Assembly (NCBI GenBank): GCA_028717685.1 | Contig: JAQUNI010000001.1 | Span: 143,451 to 207,450 of the forward strand | Origin: Patescibacteria group bacterium | GTDB taxonomy: Bacteria > Patescibacteriota > JAQUNI01 | Direction of reading: 5' to 3' | Length of the DNA: 64,000 nt | Part shown: one piece after another, positions 57,783 through 64,000 of the stretch | Numbering within the stretch: position 1 is the first letter of the stretch | How the letters are laid out: each line of letters opens with the position of its first letter | Translations under genes and position numbers: made by a program | Notes under the pieces: model-generated | Seen by the model: only the letters and a program-made list of their open reading frames with translations | The model's database searches: none | What the model was told of the DNA's origin: nothing

Positions 57783-59543
57783 CTACTCCGAAGGAGGAAT
57801 TTGATAGTAGTTTACCAAAAACTGCGCCAGCTCTTTGAAAACCGGCGCCGCGGTATTCACGCCGTCCGCCCGAAAATTCGGTCCCGATTTTGGATTATCA
57901 AATTTCACTAAAATTAAAAATTTAGGATCTTCAATCGGACCATAACCGATAAAAGAAGTAATCACTTTTTCAGAATCATAACCCCTTTCACTTTTCAACG
58001 GCACCTGCGCTGTTCCCGTTTTGCCTGCCAAATAATATCCAGGCACTCTTCCGGTCTTAGCATAACCGTTATCCACGGAACTGACAAGCATTGCTGAAAT
58101 AGTGGCGGCGGTCCCTGGTTTTAACGCTTGCCGCACAATTTTAGCGGGAATCTTTTCCCGCGTTTCGGTGCCATCAGGATTATGATGAATAATCTCTTTA
58201 ACAATATGAGGGGTAACCAAATTCCCGTTCCCCGCCATTGCCGCTGTCGCGTTGGCAAGTTCAATAGGCGTAACGGCAATCCCTTGGCCATAGCCGATTG
58301 TTGCCAAATTAGATTCCCGCCAAAGCTGGGGGTTGCTTAGTTCTGTGTTCGCCTCGCTGTCCAAATCAATGCCGCTCAATTCATTAAAGCCAAGTTTAAG
58401 AAGACCATTATACAGCCTCTCCGCTCCTAAATGTTCGTTCACAAACACCATCCCCGTGTTAATGGATTTCTCCAAAACATTAGTCATTGTTTGAACGCCG
58501 TAACTTTTATTGTCATAGTTATGAATGGTGTAGCCGCCTATATTGGCCGCGCCCGTATCAGTATAGGTTGTGTCCGGAGCGACAACGCCTTCATCCAGCG
58601 CGACGGCCATACAAATTGGTTTAAAGGCCGAGCCTGGCTCATAATGTTCAAAAATTGCCGCGTTGTTAAAAACATTGATGTCTTTAACCTCCGCGTATTT
58701 ATTATTATCGTATGTCGGATAATTAGTCATTGCCAAGATCTCCCCGTCTTGAGGATTCATCACGATAATAGAAGCGGAATCCGCGCCCCATTTCTCTGTC
58801 GCACTTTTTAACTCGGCTTCCGCCTTATACTGGATGGCGCGATCCAAAGTGAGAATTAAATCATCACCATTTACCGCGGGTTTAATTTCCTTTTTCCCAA
58901 TAGAAATCCACCGCCCAGCCACATCCCTCTCGGCTTCTAAATGACCAGATTTTCCCGCTAACCTCTGCTCATAATAGCCTTCTACGCCATAACGGCCTTT
59001 TTTTTGGTCGCCATCATACCCGACGAATCCCAAAATATGAGCCGCGAGTCCACCTTCTGGATAGATGCGCCAAGACTCTCTGGTGAAGCCAATGCCCTTT
59101 AAATCTAACTTCTTGATCTCTTCTACCTTTTCATCTGTAACTTTATTTTTTAAAGGTTCATATAAATCGTCTTCTTTAGAGACACGCTCCAGAATAACCT
59201 TTTCATCCATTTCTAAAATAGGAGCGAGCTTTTTGGCAAAATCATCAGGATTTTTGATTTGTTTAGGAATAGTGTAAACCAAATTTAATTTTTGATTGGA
59301 AGCAAGAGGATAGAGGGCGTCTGAATATTTGTCTTGAACAAAAATCTGGCCCCGTTCCGGAGTAAGACTGGCCACGACTTGATGTTGATCTTGCGCTAAA
59401 GCCGCGTAAAAGCTGTGATTTACCACTTGCACCACAAAAAGACGGAAGATGATTAAACCCGTAATTAAAAAAACGACCGCAAGCAGAATATCTATGCGAA
59501 TGTCATGTCTTTTGTGATGCTTTTTGTTTCTATGCTTATACAA
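57783..59543 (-). CDS. ftsI: Penicillin-binding protein 2 / FtsI (peptidoglycan D,D-transpeptidase)
   Basis: 586 aa with an N-terminal TM, a dimerisation domain, and a transpeptidase domain carrying the SAFKP (SxxK), SxN and KTGT motifs. Confidence 0.9.
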   Translation of the reverse strand: MYKHRNKKHHKRHDIRIDILLAVVFLITGLIIFRLFVVQVVNHSFYAALAQDQHQVVASLTPERGQIFVQDKYSDALYPLASNQKLNLVYTIPKQIKNPDDFAKKLAPILEMDEKVILERVSKEDDLYEPLKNKVTDEKVEEIKKLDLKGIGFTRESWRIYPEGGLAAHILGFVGYDGDQKKGRYGVEGYYEQRLAGKSGHLEAERDVAGRWISIGKKEIKPAVNGDDLILTLDRAIQYKAEAELKSATEKWGADSASIIVMNPQDGEILAMTNYPTYDNNKYAEVKDINVFNNAAIFEHYEPGSAFKPICMAVALDEGVVAPDTTYTDTGAANIGGYTIHNYDNKSYGVQTMTNVLEKSINTGMVFVNEHLGAERLYNGLLKLGFNELSGIDLDSEANTELSNPQLWRESNLATIGYGQGIAVTPIELANATAAMAGNGNLVTPHIVKEIIHHNPDGTETREKIPAKIVRQALKPGTAATISAMLVSSVDNGYAKTGRVPGYYLAGKTGTAQVPLKSERGYDSEKVITSFIGYGPIEDPKFLILVKFDNPKSGPNFRADGVNTAAPVFKELAQFLVNYYQIPPSE

Positions 59544-59579
59544 GATAAAATCAAAATTTAAAAATCAAAATGTAAAATG

Positions 59580-59740
59580 ATCATCGCTTCGCGAGATCTC
59601 GCGAAGCGAGACAATGTAAAATTTTAAAAATTCTTTTCATTTTAACATTTTAAACTGCCTGCCCGCTCACAAGCTTCGCGGGAGTGCGAGGCGGGCGGGT
59701 CATTTTGATTTTTGCCTGCCTGGCGGCAGACAGGATTTTT
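59580..59740. repeat. Family C palindrome copy 2 immediately followed by family D palindrome copy 2
   Basis: atcatcgcttcgcgagatctcgcgaagcgagacaatgtaaaattttaaaaatt ... ctgcctgcccgctcacaagcttcgcgggagtgcgaggcgggcggg ... gcctgcctggcggcagacagg. Confidence 0.6.
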
Positions 59741-59745
59741 GCATT

Positions 59746-60114
59746 TTAATTTTTTATTAAAGCTACAACCGTGCCTTCGGAAGAGATATAAACAACCTTC
59801 TGAAGCGGCACCATATTTAATTTTTTAACCCCCTCTTCCACATTCCGCACGGATTGCAACTCTGCCGCGCGTAATTCTAATTCACGATTCTCTTCTTTCA
59901 AATTATCAAGTCTATCTTCTAAATCTTTAATCTCATAGCCCTTCGTAGCTATTTGATTGGCTTGAGTGAGATAGAAAAGACTGATTAGACACAAAAGAAT
60001 AATCGTCACAAAACACAAAGTAACCGGCCCAATTTTGATCTTCCCCCTAATTGCTTTTTTTCTTTTTCCTCTTTGAATATCACCGCTCTTGGAAAGTGTA
60101 AGAAAACGCGCCAT
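59746..60114 (-). CDS. ftsL: Cell division protein FtsL-like (septum formation initiator family)
   Basis: 122 aa with a single TM helix (IGPVTLCFVTIILLCLISLFYL) followed by a coiled coil. Located between rsmH and ftsI. Confidence 0.6.
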   Translation of the reverse strand: MARFLTLSKSGDIQRGKRKKAIRGKIKIGPVTLCFVTIILLCLISLFYLTQANQIATKGYEIKDLEDRLDNLKEENRELELRAAELQSVRNVEEGVKKLNMVPLQKVVYISSEGTVVALIKN

Positions 60115-60149
60115 TTTTCAAATCTTGACTAATCCCCCTTTTTCTTTGA

Positions 60150-61085
60150 TTAGCCAACAATTTTTTCCGCGACGCGCAAAAGTGCGCTTCGCGATCGTGG
60201 ATTTTGTTTAATCTCTCTAATTTCTGGCTTAGTTGGTTTTTTATTTAAAATTTTGATTTGCGACAAATGGCCACAAATGCATTGCGGCACTTCTGGCGGA
60301 CAAAGACAGCCGCGGCTCTCGGTGCGGAAAAAATTTTTCACTATTCTATCCTCCAAAGAATGAAAAGAGATAATCACGAACCTTCCTCCCCGCTCTAAAA
60401 TCTCTAAAGACTGCGGCAGCACTATGCGCAGATTTTCTAATTCATTATTCACGGCGATTCTCAAGGCTTGAAAAATCTTGGTTGCCGGATGAATCCTGCC
60501 TTTTTGAAAAGATGCCACTTTCAAAATAATCTTAACTAAATCTTGTGTTGTTCCTATCTTCTGCGCTTTGCGTGCTTCTACAATCAGACGGGCAATTTCG
60601 CGCGCTTTCCGCTCTTCTCCATATACGCGCAAAATCCGCGCCAAATCTTCTTCATTATAATGATTCACGATATAAGCGGCGGTAATCCCCGTCTCTTCGC
60701 CATGCCGCATATCTAATGGCTCATCTTTCAAAAACGAAAAGCCACGGTCTGAAGACTCAAGTTCAAGAGAAGATAGACCCAAATCCAGCAACACACCTTG
60801 CGCATTTTTAAAATGATGCTCCTCTACAACTTTTTTTAAATCGGCAAAGTTACCCTGGACCAAAACGGCGCGCCCGCCAAATTCTTTTAGATTCTCGCGC
60901 GCGATTTTGATACTCGCCGCGCTCCAATCAATACCAAGTAATTTTCCCTCCGGGCCAGTGCGCTCTAAAATAGCTCGCGCGTGGCCCGCTCCCCCTATGG
61001 TGCAGTCAATGAAGTTTTGATTGGATTTTGGATTTAAATATTTAATTACTTCCTCTAATAAAACTGGTGTATGAACTATATTCAT
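60150..61085 (-). CDS. rsmH: 16S rRNA (cytosine1402-N4)-methyltransferase
   Basis: 311 aa. Contains the MraW signature (IDCTIGGAGHARAIL ... GVLLDLGLSSLELE). Confidence 0.92.
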   Translation of the reverse strand: MNIVHTPVLLEEVIKYLNPKSNQNFIDCTIGGAGHARAILERTGPEGKLLGIDWSAASIKIARENLKEFGGRAVLVQGNFADLKKVVEEHHFKNAQGVLLDLGLSSLELESSDRGFSFLKDEPLDMRHGEETGITAAYIVNHYNEEDLARILRVYGEERKAREIARLIVEARKAQKIGTTQDLVKIILKVASFQKGRIHPATKIFQALRIAVNNELENLRIVLPQSLEILERGGRFVIISFHSLEDRIVKNFFRTESRGCLCPPEVPQCICGHLSQIKILNKKPTKPEIREIKQNPRSRSALLRVAEKIVG

Positions 61086-61255
61086 CTTGAGGACAATTTT
61101 TAATTTCTAATTTTCAATTTTCATTAAATTTCTATTTACTTAATTTTTAAACAAATAAAGATCAAACTCTCATAATCTGCTTACCGTAAAATCTAAGGGT
61201 TTAGAAATTATTTCATTAAAAAATTTAATAGAAATTAGAAATTGAAAATTAGAAA
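61086..61255. repeat. Family A inverted-repeat element, copy 8
   Basis: The left arm is aatttttaatttctaattttcaattttcattaaattt. The right arm, aaatttaatagaaattagaaattgaaaattagaaatt, is its reverse complement. Confidence 0.65.
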
Positions 61256-61687
61256 TTATACTCCTAATTCTCCCATCGCCTCCGCGATCTCGGTTGAGTC
61301 TTTCTCTGTCACTGCCTTGTATTTATTCCAAAGCTCTGCGTCCCAAATTTCCAAACGGTTATACAGACCGGCGATGACGGCTTGTTTCCCAAGCCGCGCG
61401 TAGCGGCGCAAATAATCCGGGATCAGAACCCGCCCCTGCTTATCCATTTTGACGTCCATCGCGCCGGCAAGCATCAGGCGGCTGAACGCGCGCGACTTTG
61501 CTTGGCTTATAGGGAGGCTCGCCAACTTCTCGGCAAGTTTCGTCCATTCTTCTTGACCGTACAAAAAGAGACAATTATCAAGACCTCGCGTCACCACGGC
61601 TCCGCTTGCTAACTTTTTCCGAAATTTTGCTGGGACAGCCAAACGACCCTTAGTATCTAAACTATGACTGTATTCGCCGATAAACAT
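61256..61687 (-). CDS. mraZ: Transcriptional regulator MraZ
   Basis: Start MFIGEYSHSLDTKGRLAVPAKFRK with two SpoVT/AbrB-like repeats. The ORF track extends 41 codons upstream, but the canonical MraZ start is used. Confidence 0.85.
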   Translation of the reverse strand: MFIGEYSHSLDTKGRLAVPAKFRKKLASGAVVTRGLDNCLFLYGQEEWTKLAEKLASLPISQAKSRAFSRLMLAGAMDVKMDKQGRVLIPDYLRRYARLGKQAVIAGLYNRLEIWDAELWNKYKAVTEKDSTEIAEAMGELGV

Positions 61688-62039
61688 TATAAAACAACTG
61701 ACCCCAAATATTTTGGCTTTCCTTTTTTGGCGAGCGCAAAATACTTCGGATCTCCCCCTATATACTCTCGTCATTGCGAGGAATCCGCCCTCAAGCGGAC
61801 GACGAAGCAATCTCCTCGCATGAAAGTCTATTTAGTTAAATTTTTATATTTTTATTCTTAAGTGGGTTTATCCACCTTTGACCTGACTTTTCCCCACTTT
61901 TGTCCACAGTTCCCCACAACAAAGTTATTATACACCATTTTAATGTTCCCGCCAACCATTGCAAACCACTCTTCCTTTTGGCTTATTTAAAAGAAAAAAT
62001 AAGATAATCTCAAAATTTATCCACAGTTTTTTAAAACCC

Positions 62040-62345
62040 TCCCCCTGCCCGAGGGGGAGATGGAGGGGGTGGGAGCTTCAGAACCCCACCTTACCTCCCC
62101 TTTGAAAGGGGAGGGTTCAATCTTATAATTGTTGGCTCCATAGTCCTGAGTGTGAACGAAGGCTGTGGAGCCAACGAACAAAAAATTTTTCCAAATAAAA
62201 AATCCTCACCAATCTGCGAAAGGACTATTCCCCCACCTTTTAATAAAAAGGCGAAGGGGAGGAGAGAGATTTTTTCTGCGTCCAAAAAGGACACAGAAAG
62301 TCCATTCGCAGGTTGGTGAGGACAAGATGTTAGCTCCGGCAAGAG
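62040..62345. other. Hairpin-dense noncoding region (candidate structured RNA or composite palindromic element)
   Basis: ccccc-tgcccga-ggggg; ggtggg..cccacc; cctcccc-tttgaaa-ggggagg; gttggctcca...tggagccaac; and 17-bp arms cctcaccaatctgcgaa / ttcgcaggttggtgagg separated by about 90 bp. ORFs overlap in all frames. Confidence 0.45.
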
Positions 62346-62798
62346 AGGTGGTGTTTCCGTATAATTTACGTTTTTGAAACCATAAATGGTAAATTCCAGG
62401 ATTTTTTAAACACACCTTCAAACCGTTAAATGAGCTTGCTTGGAAATCTTGATTTGATTCTCAAACAAGCTTGCTCAAAAAAAATTGAAGGAATGGATAA
62501 ACAGACGAATTATACAGATCATTTCGTTTATCCATTCCTCCTGCAGATAGATTTTGGTTTACCACCAAAAATTTATCTGCCTTGTTTTCTCTATCACTCC
62601 GCCTTTATAGGCGAAATATAGAGTAAATAAAAATGCCAAACATGCCACCACAATAATCACCTCCTCTTACAGTTAGTTTTACTACTCAACAACCGAAACT
62701 TTATTGACAGACCTCAACTAAATCTTGGAAATTTTTCCAAAGCTTGGTTGAAGGACTGACGCGAAGAAAAAAATGTGCATCAGTCCGGGTACTTTATC

Positions 62799-63347
62799 CT
62801 ACGCTTGGGCAAAAATGATGGCAGGTCTCCGCTCATAGACCCAACCGCTTCTTACCCTAGAAAGATCGTCCGGGTTTACCTCATGGACATATTGCCCGTC
62901 TGAAGTTGAAACCATATATATCTTCAGCTCTTTGAGCTTTTCGATGTCTCCATCCTCAAGCTTGTAGTATTTTTCCCTATACGCCATGGAAGAATAATCC
63001 GATTCCTTGTCTAAGAATTCGGCAATCTTCTCTTTTTGTACATCAGGCGTGGAATAAACTTCTATCCTGTTGTTATCATGCCTATCTCTCCAATACGGAG
63101 TTGATATACTATAGAGATACACCCTATATCTAAGCACTAGCTTGCCCTTGTCGGGCGAATACCACAATTTCCCCATATCAGTAGCATGTGGGGCGGCATG
63201 GAATGCATTGAACTCATACGAATCCTTGTCGACAGTCTGCTCAATAAGATAACTTTTACATTCCTCCCAGCTATGATCAGAATGTATAGTTTTTGATGAC
63301 GGGTTAAGAGCGTCCTCGACATAATGTGAATAAATCCCAACAATCAT
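62799..63347 (-). CDS. Hypothetical protein (182 aa)
   Basis: An ORF of reasonable length with no recognisable family. Confidence 0.4.
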   Translation of the reverse strand: MIVGIYSHYVEDALNPSSKTIHSDHSWEECKSYLIEQTVDKDSYEFNAFHAAPHATDMGKLWYSPDKGKLVLRYRVYLYSISTPYWRDRHDNNRIEVYSTPDVQKEKIAEFLDKESDYSSMAYREKYYKLEDGDIEKLKELKIYMVSTSDGQYVHEVNPDDLSRVRSGWVYERRPAIIFAQA

Positions 63348-63571
63348 TTCTTTTCTCCTCGGTCATTTCTGACCTTTCAAAAACCTTAAACCTTTTCTTT
63401 CTTCCACCCCGTGAAAAGCCATACCTTCAAATCAGGCCATTACCCTCTTTCTGGCAGGGACGGAAAGATAAAATTAAGGGCAAATATTAATCGCTCCAAG
63501 CGACCAAGGTGGGGCAAAGACTTTCCCCCTGACAAGGGGGAATAAGAAGGGGGTTATAACCCCTCCTGCAC

Positions 63572-63601
63572 CTCCCCTTGTCAGGGGAGGAATCTTTTTT
63601 C
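63572..63601 (+). terminator. Plus-strand hairpin plus T-tract (cctcccc-ttgtca-ggggagg then aatctttttt)
   Basis: Preceded by the complementary hairpin ccccc-tgacaa-ggggg and by gggggttataacccc. No plus-strand CDS lies upstream. Confidence 0.4.
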
Positions 63602-64000
63602 GCCGCACTTTGGTTGCTTGGAAATAATATTTGGTTTTAAAGAACACACAACCCCTCTTTTATCTCCCCTTATCAGGGGAGAAACTCTTAACTAGGACGA
63701 TGTAGACGAGAAACAGGCGTAATAAATATTTTGGCCCTCTCCTCTACATCGTTCTATTTACTATGAACCCAATGTGGTTCATAACTAAACTGCACCCAAC
63801 GTAGCATAGATCGTCTTCTTATTAACGAGAAAGAATTCATACTTCTAAGTCTCTTTCTCCCTTCCTTGCAATAACATTTGGAAAGAAACTTGGAAGTGAG
63901 GACCAGTATTTCTCTGGTCCGAAAGTTTAGCTTAGCGCAAGCCTGCCTGATGCCACACGGCATCTCTCCCAAAGTTACCGGGGTCTAGTATTTGACCCCC

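Noticed and set aside
62125-62175. RNase P RNA (CTCCATAG resembles the P4/P5 junction GGGCUCCAUAGGGCA)
   Set aside because: Only an 8-nt match. The flanking GGAAAGUCCGG and GGUAAGGGUGAAA conserved regions are absent on either strand.
63754-63972. 72-aa minus-strand ORF at the window end
   Set aside because: It lies in a hairpin-rich, composition-shifted region. Its translation is Cys- and Arg-rich and low-complexity, so it is probably noncoding or an ncRNA.

Overview
This is a 64 kb segment of a small-genome, AT-rich (about 40% GC) bacterial chromosome. The gene content and architecture resemble CPR/Patescibacteria-like genomes, but I cannot confirm the phylum from sequence alone. Almost every gene is on the minus strand.

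Reading minus-strand genes in the direction of transcription (right to left), the window contains:
- part of a split dcw cell-wall cluster (mraZ-rsmH-ftsL-ftsI-murF), then tRNA-Glu;
- an ECF sigma factor with two strongly expressed hypothetical proteins;
- a heat-shock locus (CIRCE-hrcA-grpE-hsp20-dnaK-dnaJ), then tRNA-Lys;
- a divergent PurM-like gene on the plus strand;
- a complete 9-gene V/A-type ATPase operon (H-I-K-E-C-F-A-B-D);
- a gene encoding an FG-GAP beta-propeller fused to an L,D-transpeptidase domain;
- a 1314-aa surface protein with propeller repeats, phage tail-fibre-like GIGT motifs, an endosialidase-chaperone-like domain and a C-terminal coiled coil, flanked by identical 32-bp terminator hairpins;
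- aspS and scpA;
- a cell-envelope glycosylation locus (two GT4, an O-antigen ligase-like protein, two GT2, a secreted triple-repeat protein);
- a DUF4012-like protein;
- glycolysis genes (eno, gpmI, a PfkB kinase);
- the second dcw fragment (ftsW-murG, then murC-murB) with hpf and the 5' end of secA.

The most striking sequence-level feature is a dense system of short A/T-rich tandem repeats (7-, 8- and 9-mers) and inverted-repeat, MITE-like elements. These occupy nearly every promoter-proximal intergenic region and also occur as in-frame insertions inside atpB, murC and the giant surface gene. Many start codons have no Shine-Dalgarno sequence and sit directly behind CUUUUAA or AGAAATT heptamer arrays. 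There is no CRISPR array, rRNA, or obvious transposase or integrase.
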